Assembly: GCF_009914755.1 (NCBI RefSeq)
Contig: NC_060934.1
DNA: 64,000 nucleotides
Origin: the human T2T-CHM13v2.0 reference genome, Homo sapiens
Strand: one strand, 5' to 3'
In this document: in pieces, positions 1 through 12,169 of the stretch
How positions within the stretch are numbered: the stretch's first letter is position 1
How the letters are laid out: each line of letters begins with the position of its first letter
The notes under the pieces: model-generated
Database searches by the model: none
What the model was told of the DNA's origin: nothing
The model's input: the letters and a program-made list of their open reading frames with translations, nothing else
Translations under genes and position numbers: made by a program

Positions 1-261
1 AGAGCCAAAGGGTAAAACAATCAAATTCCAGTTCCACCTCCCTAAGAAACCTTCCCCAGCAAGGCTAGTCTTCACAGCTGGATATAATTCTATAGGTTAG
101 CTTTTAAATAGCTCATGACTACTGCTTTTCCCATCTGGATTACAAACTTTCCATTGACAATATGGCAAAAACGATGAGGAACAAGGCCTTTGAAGTTGGT
201 CAGATTTGGGTTCGAGCTCTGCACTTGCTGTGTGTCTTGTGGAGAGTTACCCAATTTTTCT

Positions 262-338
262 TTATTATTATTATTATTATTATTATACTTTAAGTTTTAG
301 GGTACATGTGCACAATGTGCAGGTTAGTTACATATGTA
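262..338 (-). mobile_element. Extremely 5'-truncated young L1PA 3' end with (TAA)n tail and 19-bp TSD, inserted in a MIR-like element
   Basis: TTATACTTTAAGTTTTAGGGTACATGTGCACAATGTGCAGGTTAGTTACATATGTA is the reverse complement of the young L1 3' terminus. AGAGTTACCCAATTTTTCT is repeated at 243-261 and 339-357. Confidence 0.9.
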
Positions 339-807
339 AGAGTTACCCAATTTTTCTAAGCCTCTGTTTCCTCACTTATAAATCAGGGATACTAACACTA
401 TGGACCTCATGAAATTATAGTGAGAATTAAAAGAGAGAATGCGTGGAAAGTGCTTGGGTACAACAAATGGTCAGTAAATGTCAGTTTTCCTCCTTTTGTC
501 TTTTAGGCACTAATGATGCCTTACAATTATTTTTTCCTTAATTTCCTTCAAGACCCATCACGGGAACAAAGAATTCAACGAATATTCACTATTAGATACA
601 ATCACACACATATATTGACTGACTGTTTACCTCTCTATTAACCAAGAGTCATTGAAAGCTCTGAACACCTACGGTCACTGAAATAGAGATTGAAGACTGA
701 CGTAGAAACCAAGCCTCCTGACCTCTCCCCTGTACCACCATCTCTGACTGACCAGCAGAGTGTATTACGCCCTCGAGAAGCACACAGTTGATCCCAAGGA
801 GCAAAGA

Positions 808-890
808 GAGTGTGTGTGTGTGTGTGTGTGTGTATCTAGACTCGTGTCTAGATTTGTGTGACTGTGTCTCGACTCTGTGTGTGTGTTTAG
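808..890. repeat. (TG)n microsatellite with degenerate extension
   Basis: Perfect TG run at about 810-832 followed by imperfect TGTCTAGA/TG units. Confidence 0.9.
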
Positions 891-1229
891 ACTCCATATC
901 ATCAGTTGAAGAAAGTTTTCACGTTTTGACTCAAGACATTTCTCAATATCTCTTTACAGACTAAACAGAATGCCCTTATCTAACTGATTTGAACAGAGAA
1001 GTGAACCTCAGTCCCAGCACAGTTCACCCACAAACACATGCTCGGTATATGGCTCACCACTTAAATACAAAGATCCGATGGGCCTCACCACCTCAGAGGG
1101 CAGGGGACAATGATGGGGGAAGGACGAGGTGGGGTATGTGGGTGCGTCCTGCTGTAACAGGAAGACCCCAGCATACACAGAATGCCATACTGCAAAGGGA
1201 GTCTGGCTTTGAGGAGGGGATGATGAACG

Positions 1230-2100
1230 CCTGGAGGGCCGCGGGGAACTAGGGACCCAGGCCCCTGAGAGTCGGCGTGCGGCCAGCTAAAACCCGCGGC
1301 ATCCCGGCGCTGCCACCACCGCCACCCACGCCACCCACCAGTGCAGGCTCCATACTCTTGGAAAGAAGGGGCCCGCGGATGCCTGAAGTCTCCACTTGGC
1401 CCAGTTCCTTACATGGTGTACCCAGGGGAGGCCGGGGAGGTCAGGGCCCGTAGCCATCCGTAGATCCCGGGGCCGCCGCGCACCGGCATATGGGAGCGCG
1501 CCACGGTCTTGCAGCCGCCATCCCTCGGCCGAGGCCCACACCTACCCATGGGCCAGATCCCCGGGCCCCGGCACCTGCTCCGGCAGCGTCCCCGCTCCAG
1601 CGGCCCGGCGCTCACGCCCCTCGCGCTTGAGCCTGGGCGCGCAACAGCTTCCGCAGAGACGCGGGCGCCTAGCCATCCCCGCCGCTCGCCGCGTACCTTC
1701 CTCACCACCGCCGCCTTCGCCCCCTGGCACTACCGCGGGTCCGCACTCCACGCCGGGCTGATTCCGGCGCTCGCTCACTCTCTTTTTTCTTCCGTCCACG
1801 TCCCGCACGATGACGTTACGTCAGTGGCGTAAGAGTAAACCTGGGCAGCCGGCCCTACGCTGTTGACGTGGGGCGAGGGCCTGTCCTGGAGCTGCGGCGC
1901 GGCAATGGCGTAGGCCCCTTTCGAGAATCAAGCCAGCGCTCCACGTGGCGGGCCAGCCCACCAGGCCCCGGCAGCCTGGAAGAGGCGGGACTCGAGTTCA
2001 GGGGGAACGCCCACGTCCCGGGAGGGGACAGGGGCCGGAGACAGGGGCGAAGACACCTTCGAAACGCCGCCCCACTGGGCCTTCCAGGGAGGTAGAAGAG
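1230..2100. promoter_or_regulatory. ALDH18A1: CpG island / promoter of ALDH18A1
   Basis: Very GC- and CpG-rich. Palindromic TGACGT-T-ACGTCA at 1811-1823, TGACGTGG at 1864-1871, CACGTG at 1942-1947. Confidence 0.85.
1697..1811 (-). other. ALDH18A1: Non-coding first exon (5' UTR) of ALDH18A1 (P5C synthase); the rest of the gene lies left of the window
   Basis: Minus strand reads ...GGCGGCGGTGGTGAGGAAG|gtacgc, with the donor at 1696/1697. It matches my recollection of the ALDH18A1 5' UTR and the known order next to TCTN3. The TSS end is approximate. Confidence 0.75.
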
Positions 2101-2469
2101 GTGCCTGGCACCCTCAGCTGCTGGTAGATTTCATAAGGTGTGTTTGTCAATGTTAACCATTTATATCCCGGGCACACCTCGGAAATAGGTTGGATCAACT
2201 TACATATGTTTGTTACTTCAGGCACATCCTGGGAATAGATTGGATCAGTTTACACACATTTGCAAACTTTGGCTCCTTAAATGGAAGCATTTTGGCACTG
2301 CAATCAAATTACTTGCCCCCTAGTCATCTGGAGGTTTCCCCAATGGTCCCATCTCAACTCCCTTTCATCAAAGGCAGTTGTAAGAATATTGCATTTTAAA
2401 ATAGGATATTCAATCTATGACAACTAGAACTATTCCAAAGGTGAATGCAGACTCACCTTTAAAGAGAGA

Positions 2470-2612
2470 CCACAAAAACCTGGCACTGTGGTGTGTGCCT
2501 GTAGTCCCAGCTACTCGTAGGTGGAGGCAGGAGAACCACCTGAGCCCAGGAGTTCAAATCCAGCCTGGACAACACAGCAAGACCCCACCTCTTAAAAAGA
2601 AAAAGAAAAAAA
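2470..2612 (+). mobile_element. Alu monomer (FLAM-like)
   Basis: GCCTGTAGTCCCAGCTACT...CCAGCCTGGACAAC...A-rich tail; single monomer. Confidence 0.8.
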
Positions 2613-2814
2613 GTGAAAACACAGATTTTTCTCCCTCTTTCCTTGCTGTATTTTGCTCAAAGGACACATTCCTGCATAGGCACATAGTGCTGGGTGGTGG
2701 GAGGGCAGCACTTGATAGGAGGTTGGGCACAGAAAGGCATCATGCCCTTCTGTCGTCCCTGATAACACTACTAAGCCTATTTATTCATTTTCTTGTTTAT
2801 TAAACACTGGCTAC

Positions 2815-3174
2815 TGCTATGGTCTGAATATGTCCCCCAAAATTCATATGTTGGAAACTTAATTCCCAATGCAAGAATATTGGGAGGTGGGGCCTAATGG
2901 GAGGCATTTGGGTCAAGAGTGCTCCACCTTTATGAATAGAGTGACCCTCATGAATAGATTAATGCTGCTATCAAAAGGTTTGTGGAGGTGGGTGTTCTCT
3001 TCTGCTCTTCTGCCCTTCCACCACGTGAGGATACAGCAAGAAAGCCCTCACCAGATGCTGGCACCTTGATCTTGGACTTCCTAGCCTCTAGAACTGTGAG
3101 AAATAAATTTCTATTATTTAAAAATTATCCAGTCTGTGTTATTGTGTTTTAGCAGCACAAAATGGACTGAGACA
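2815..3174 (+). mobile_element. MaLR solo LTR (MST/MLT1A-like)
   Basis: TGCTATGGTCTGAAT...CCCCCAAAATTCATATGTTG start; GGACTTCCTAGCCTCTAGAACTGTGAGAAATAAA; AATGGACTGAGACA end. Confidence 0.8.
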
Positions 3175-3310
3175 GCCAAGCATTCCCTGGGTGTGGAAGA
3201 AGACATAGCTGAGTTCACAGCCTTATGGAAGAGAGAGATATATGAGCAAATAATTACAATACCATGTGATGAATACTAAAGAATGGGATGGCCAGACATT
3301 CAGGGATGGC

Positions 3311-3677
3311 TGAAATGGTTTGACTTTGTGTCCCCACCCAAATCTCACCTTGAATTGTAATTCCCATAATCCCCACCTATGGAGGGTGGGACCTGATGGG
3401 AGGTGATTGGATCATGGGACTGTTTCCCCCATGCTGTTCTCGTGATAGTGAGTTCTTATGAGATCTGGTGGTTTTATAAGGGACTCTTCCCCCTTCACTG
3501 GTTTGCTTTCTCCTGCCTGCCACCATGTAAGACTTGCCTCTTCCCCTTCCACCATGATTGTAAGTTTCCTGAAACCTCCCCAGCCATGTGAAACTGTGAA
3601 TCATCTAAATCTCTTTTCTTTATAAATTACCCAGTCTTGGGTATGTCTTTGTAACAGTGTGAAAACAGACTAATACA
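3311..3677 (+). mobile_element. THE1/MSTA-like MaLR solo LTR with 5-bp TSD
   Basis: TG...GTGTCCCCACCCAAATCTCA start and ACAGACTAATACA end; ATGGC at 3306-3310 and 3678-3682. Confidence 0.9.
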
Positions 3678-4204
3678 ATGGCTTTAAAAAGAGTTGATAT
3701 TCAAATTGTGCTTTGAAGCACTAGAAGTAAGGAGTTTACCTAAAAGAGGAGAGGAGTACAGGATCATATGAGGAAGAGGGAATAAGGGAATGATATATGC
3801 AGAGGTGTGAGACACCCCGTGAAAAGAGGCTACTTGCAGTAGGACATGACAGGAGAGGGGTCTGGCTGGTATCCTAAACTTACAAAGGGTTTTTTGTGGT
3901 ATGCTAAAGATTTTGAATTTTATAATCCTTAAAAACAGAGAAACATGACTTTTTAAGTGCTGGAATGGTATGATCCGATTTTTGTGCCAGAAATCAGTAA
4001 AGACGCCTAGAGCTGGAATGTTGGTTAGCCTATTGCAAAGGCCCAGGTAAGAAATGGTGGCACAAAAAAGGCTCCAGCAGAGGAATGGGGAACAAAAAGG
4101 AGGGAGAGCTGACAGCACTTATTCAAAGTGGGAGAGTGAGAGAAGAAGAGCAGTGCTTGGGAATCTGATGGTGCTGCAATACCATGAATCAGGAAATCTA
4201 TGAG

Positions 4205-4357
4205 GTGAGTTCTCATGAGATCTGATGGTTTTATAAGGAACTCTTCCCCCTTCACTTGTTTGCTCTCTCATGCCTGCCACCATGTAAGACATGCCTCTTC
4301 CCCTTCCACCATGATTGTAAGTTTCCTGAGACCTCCCCAGCCATGTGGAACTGTGAA
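4205..4357 (+). repeat. 153-bp direct copy of the LTR core at 3448-3600
   Basis: Same length and over 90% identity by eye; no LTR termini. Confidence 0.85.
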
Positions 4358-5779
4358 CGGGGAACAACAGTTCTTTTGGGTGGGGAATGAGAATACGAAA
4401 TGTGTTAAATGTGGAGCATTTTGAATTTGCAGTAGGGTAGAAAAAAACAAAAGAAATTAAATTTCCCTCAAGTAAGTTATATCTGGTACCTCATCTTTTA
4501 AGATTCTCATCATGTACTTAGAATGAATTAGATGACTGTGGGTATAGCTAGAGCCAAGGGATAGGGGCCTTCACTTTAGAAGGCCTGTTCTGGTTCTTCT
4601 CTTAACTCACAGATTACCTTATGGTAATAGCTTATCTGCCTTCCCTGCTAAAAGATAAGCTCCTGAGAACAGGGAAGTATATTCATGGAACATAAGAAAT
4701 ATTCAATAGATATTTGATAAATAAAATGAACTACTTTTGGTTTAGTTTTCTCAAATTAAGAAATTGGGCTAATGACACCATCCTTGTCTATCCCATAGGG
4801 TTGTGAAGAGTATAAAAAATGAAAATCCTTTAACATTGTACAGACATTTTCTATTTTATTTATCACTCATTTTTATTACTATTTTATTACTAATATTCTA
4901 TTCCATCAATAAGGAGAAAGTAGTGGGATATGTAACTATGGATTAGGAAAAATTAAATTCCAGACATATGAGCTAGTTTTTCCCTCCATAGAAGTCAAGG
5001 AAGTAATTCAGCTATGATATTTTTCCTGTGTATGATAAAAAGACTGATTCTTTTTTTGACTGGAGGGGTTTAACTTCTGTCTCAGCAATTAGAAATAAGG
5101 CTGGACATGACCAGACAGTCACATAGGAAGTGGGACATTTAGTATTGGTCTATAAGAATGCAGGATTTAGAAGTGCTTCTTTAGATGCCATCTAAATTGT
5201 TTTAGGCTTAAATTACCTTAATCTCAAGTTATTTAATTGTAAAAACAGAAACTCATTCAAACAAGACAATTTACTAGAAGCAGTAACTTATAGTCTCCAA
5301 AGGCAGGAGGTAAAATTGGGTCTCACAAGGGGCAGGGACAAGAAAACTGGAAAGTAAGTAATCAAGATGGTTCTCCATCTCTAAGTCTCTTGCTGACACT
5401 TTTCTTTGCCCATCTGTTTCCTTCTCTCCACTTTTCCTTTAAGATAGAGTCTCCATTAGTGAACATTTGGTGGAAAATGGCTTCCCTAGCTCTAAAAAAT
5501 CTTTCCAGTTAGTGCCCACTCATGACTCATTTCAAGTCTTGGTCTAAATTCCAAGTTCCTGGGAGAGAAAATTGTACTGGCCTAGACTGGTTCAGGACTC
5601 CATTCTTGGTCCAGTCATGCATGTAATGGAAAGATGGAGGCTGTCCCCTCCCCTCCTTAAGCAAAGTTCTGAGCAGTTGGAATTCTCAGAGAAATAGTGG
5701 ACATATTCAGGAGTTGGCAATGATGGGACCCTTAAATGAAACCAGTTTCAGCCACACTATGCAACATCACATACTTTCA

Positions 5780-5962
5780 CAAACCAAGCTGCACATCAGA
5801 AGCACCTAGAAAACTTTACAAAATACAGATCTTGGAGTCCCCACTTCCTAGACCTGCCTCTTCCACCAGTGATCAGAATCTCTAGGGGTAGGGCCCAGGA
5901 ATCAGTATTTTTATAAAGCACCCTAAAAGATTACTTTGTGACTAACCTTTGGGAACCACTGC
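5780..5962. mobile_element. MER5-like hAT DNA transposon remnant
   Basis: GCTGCACATCAGAAGCACCT...CAGAATCTCTAGGGGTAGGGCCCAGGAATC...TTTGGGAACCACTG motifs. Confidence 0.6.
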
Positions 5963-6004
5963 TTTAAAAGACCCAGAATACTGAACAAACAAATACAATG
6001 ATAA

Positions 6005-6235
<231 letters not shown>

Positions 6236-7103
6236 TGAATACATTTAAAACCACTGAATTGTACACTTTAAGAGGATGAATTTTATGGTATGTGAATTAT
6301 AGTTGACATGTAATTTGTCTAAAGGCACAGAGTGGTCTCAAAGCACTTCGGAATGAGGCTAAGGATCTGAATCAGGGAGTAAGAGAGACCGGATTCTGAA
6401 AGGGGCAGGTAGTCTGTCAGCAGTGGACTGGATGTCTGCTGCCCCATAGATGAGAATGAGTTGTCACATATTTTTTCCTTTAAGAAGCCCAAACTTAAAT
6501 ATTCCATTAGCTTTGTGGTCAGTTTCACTACAGGTCTCCTCGGAGGCAGGGTTACTGAATTAAATGTCTATGAAATGGACTATGGTGGGATCTGTGCTAT
6601 CAGCTTCCCAGCTACCGACTTCCCCTTGTACAGAAGCACCTCCTCTAATTTAATAACAACTGCTCAAAACTTTGCCTTTTCTTTCAGAGAAACTGGTTAC
6701 TTTCCAAGTGTTTTGGAAAAGGGCAAAATGATAAACCAGTCAGAGATGACTTTACAAATGAGCATTTTCTTCTCATGAAGCAGGATTATAACTAAGTATA
6801 TGCTGTATTAAAAGGCAATTTTAATTTCAGAGCATTAATATGCTGTGAAGAAAACCAAACTATCTCCCAATTCTGTCTGACTTTCAAGTCCCCACAAAAG
6901 GAGCTGCCATCCTGCTCATCTTGGCTGTTTGGCCCATTCAGTGTTTCTACTACAGTCACTTCAGGCCCTGAACCCTCCTGCCCATGAAAAACCCTGGGCC
7001 TTCATGAGAGTTGTTCTAGGCTCCTGGGATCACCTCCCTCCCACTCACTCTCCCAATCCTCTACATCCTGCCATGTTAGTTCCAAACTTGCCCCTCACTA
7101 GTC

Positions 7104-7178
7104 TAGGCCACACTGATTGTTTGCTTTTCTGAACAAATGTAGGCCACACTGATTGTTTGCTTTTCTGAACAAATGTAG
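7104..7178. repeat. Perfect 36-bp tandem duplication
   Basis: TAGGCCACACTGATTGTTTGCTTTTCTGAACAAATG at 7104-7139 and 7140-7175, followed by TAG. Confidence 0.95.
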
Positions 7179-7699
7179 TCTCCTGTGTTACGTCAATCTT
7201 CCCCCACTGAGTTGTTGGGTCACTGAGGAGCTGCACTTTACAATTCCACATTTCAGAGTTTCACTGAAGTTGTTCTAGTACATTCTATTCTTTAGATTCA
7301 ATTCTTTGTAAAATGGATTTAAAGTTTAAAACAAGTAGATTTGATATCGTCCACCAAAAATTTGCCTTAATTACAAGGCTAGCATAATTCTGCTCCAGGG
7401 CTAAACCTTTTAATGTTTTCTATCATAGTTCCCAACCAATTCCTACCCGCCCAAGAATAATAGGAAATTACCTTGTTTTCTCTGCAAGCCAGAATCTCTG
7501 AATTGGCAGGGCAGGCAAGGCCCTTTGTAAGCTGCCACTGCCTGCTGCTAAAAAAAATAATTTTATGCTGAACTCACTAATGTCAGTCACAAAACTGGGG
7601 TCTTCAGAGTATATCTCCAAGGAAAAGAATCCAAGTCCCCTGATTTAAATGCTATGGTGTATTTATGGAAGTTTCATCCCTCCCTGCATACCCCCCACC

Positions 7700-8420
<721 letters not shown>

Positions 8421-8526
8421 TTTTCCCCAAACCTCACAAACATAGAAGCATAATCAGGAGGCAGACCACAGGTCAGCTGCCTTCTACCATGCTGCTGGAA
8501 TTAGTACAACAAAGCTCTCAACCAGT

Positions 8527-8532
8527 TTTATT
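8527..8532 (-). terminator. TCTN3: Candidate distal polyadenylation signal of TCTN3
   Basis: AATAAA on the minus strand about 635 nt past the stop codon, just before the Alu cluster. Confidence 0.6.
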
Positions 8533-8994
8533 TTTCCTCACAATGAACGGAAGAAAAAGGCAGAAATAAATGGTAGGGTCATTTGCTAGTAGAAAAGAAA
8601 GCTGGGATTCCCCATTTACTTTGGAAACTGAGGAGAAAGAACTGCTTTCCCCACTCGTGTCTGGGCAAAGGGTGTGCCCAGATGTTGGCAAAGGAACCAG
8701 ACAAAATCAACAGCCAGCAGTTTTCTGTTCCAAACAGTTAGCTCCTCTACAGTCCAGAGGGAAGCTATTCCTGAGTTCATTCAAGGTGACAGCAGAAGTG
8801 TTTCTCTCTTTCTGCTTGGCCCAACTGTGCCTGAGGGCTGATGGATCCAGACCTTGTAAACATTCAGCTAGGTGTAACATAACCAGAAAGGCTGAAGGAA
8901 GGCTCTTGGCCTTCCCAGCTTGAGAAGTAGGGGCCTCATGTGTATCTGGTGGCCTGCAGAGCCCAAAGCAGAGAGCTATGATGAATAAAATATT

Positions 8995-9000
8995 TTTATT
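8995..9000 (-). terminator. TCTN3: Candidate proximal polyadenylation signal of TCTN3
   Basis: AATAAA on the minus strand about 166 nt past the stop codon. Confidence 0.5.
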
Positions 9001-9166
9001 GCTTTTCTAAAATAACTCCTTTCATATACAAGGATTCCTTCAGTTAGGTCCTCTATTATCCTAAATGCTCTCTGGTCATGAGCAGGTGAGGTTCTATTTA
9101 GCCAAGATAAGTGGCTGCCTCAGAGTTTCTCATAGGGAAAACTGAAATCTGATTATTTTCTTTTCT

Positions 9167-9400
9167 TCACATAGTCTCTAGGTTGAGAACTCCAAGTAGT
9201 AAGAGGCACAGGATAAGGATGGGAGAGACTGAGCATTTTTGAGAGAATACTCCTCTGCTGAATGCCACTTTGAAGGGAAAGAAGTCGAATGGCCATTTCC
9301 AGTCCATTTTGGGTTGGCCCCTTGGAGGCTGTGGCTTCTGGGTAATGTCCACAAAGTTCACAAGAGTTGTCAAAGATACTTCTGTAACTTGCTGAGAATC
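9167..9400 (-). CDS. TCTN3: Tectonic-3 exon 14 (last coding exon; hydrophobic C-terminus, TGA stop)
   Basis: tag|GAT acceptor; [23 protein letters not shown]...[17 protein letters not shown]; 234 nt. Confidence 0.97.
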
Positions 9401-10214
9401 CTACGGGAAGAAAGTCAATGACAGGTCAGCGCTTGGTACCCATTCATATAGCACTCTAACTTGGCTGTTATTATTACTTTCCCTGAAGAGAGAAATGAAT
9501 TATTCTAAGCAAGATATACCTTTATCTCATATTGGTCCTATGTAGTTCTCTTTCAGTGAGACACAAGGAATGAATATCTTAGCAATAGTCAATGATAGCA
9601 GAACTGAACAGTTACACCTACCTAAACCCTGACTCTAGCTTCCCCTAGCTGGGGAGCTGCCTGATATCAGAGAGGCCACATGGCAAAACTGCTGCTCTTA
9701 GGTGCTTAGCAGCTCTACTCTATCAGAAGGCTCCAGGCTCTGAAACAGTACATATGTACAAGTGAAAGTAGTAGTAGCAATTCTATTCCTTCTCCAATGG
9801 CAGAAAGAAAGGTCACTCACAGACTCTCAGGGTTGGAAGGATCCTTCCACCACCCACCAATTCATGCCAAATAAAACAGATGTTCCTAGAAGAAGGGATC
9901 TTGTCAGACTGACTCAAGTATCTGACCTAACAGATGTAGCTTTGGTAGATATGGCTGCAGCCTGATGATGTCTGGAATCATGTTTATCTAAAATGAATTC
10001 CCTTTGTTTTGACTCAGCTCAACAAGCAAACTTTTGATTATAATTTTTGGACAGTAAATAATTATTTTGTTAAACTTGAAGATTTTCTTCATTCACCCTC
10101 CTTCACTCTGATGAACATATTATGCATTTGCTGTGGTCTTTGGCAACAGTAAGTACCAAGCTCTGGGAACATAGTTTTGCCTGGAATAACTCTCCTAGGG
10201 ACTGTCACTTGATT

Positions 10215-10980
<766 letters not shown>

Positions 10981-11018
10981 TTTGTTTTTAAATGGGTATT
11001 GAGTCAGTCCTGTGCTAA

Positions 11019-11337
<319 letters not shown>

Positions 11338-12169
11338 CTTTTTTTTTTTTTTTTAACATAGTGAGGCTCATGAGGGACTTGGCATAGGATAAATATAACT
11401 TCTGAGGCACTGAAAGAACCACATACATTACAAGGATGGCCAGCCTGGGCTGAAGCTGCCGAGGGATTCCTAACTCCAGCCAGGCATCGAAGACTGGCTG
11501 AGACTAATCAGAGAAAGAAAATGGATAAGAACATATTACCTATGAATAAATAATAAACTTACAAAAGGATTTACTATTAGGACTTTAGTTTTCCTTCAGG
11601 AATTTTATAATGGGGAGAGGACATATATTCAATTTTTGGAGCAAATCTTTATAGCTGACATTATTGAAGCATGTTAATATTGTTATGTAAACTCACTGCA
11701 AAATGCCTGGTGACCTATACTGGCTGAAATGGTGAGAAATACTTTGGGATGGGAAACGGAATAGGGAATGATTTTTCAGCTATGGGTCAGTGTCGTCTAG
11801 AAGTTGATTGAATCAATGTGTTATTCTAAGTTATTTCAGAGCTTTTAGGAGGGGGGCAGATTTGAAACTGCCCACTAGCAGTCCCAGGAGAATTCCCAAA
11901 GGAGCTGTGGTTGGAATTGGGATAGTGGTCTCATGATGGAAGAGTGTGGTATTGAACACTGCTATACACCCAAATCATATCCACCTAGCATTAATTAGTA
12001 ATAAAACTGATATTTGATTATCTTTATCTGACTCCTTTTAATTGGTTTCAAACTTAGGCAGGGAAAAAGAGTATCATTAGCCTCCTCAAACTCCCAAATC
12101 AGGGAATTTCTGTATCCTTGAGGTCATCCCATACCCAGAATTGAACTCTAATATAACTATTAACCCAAG

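Noticed and set aside
1287-2127. Overlapping 60-121 aa ORFs on both strands in the ALDH18A1 island
   Set aside because: GC-rich sequence lacks stop codons; no recognisable protein; the first exon is non-coding.
7104-7178. Short direct repeats as a CRISPR-like or other prokaryotic array
   Set aside because: Only two adjacent copies with no spacers, in primate genomic DNA.
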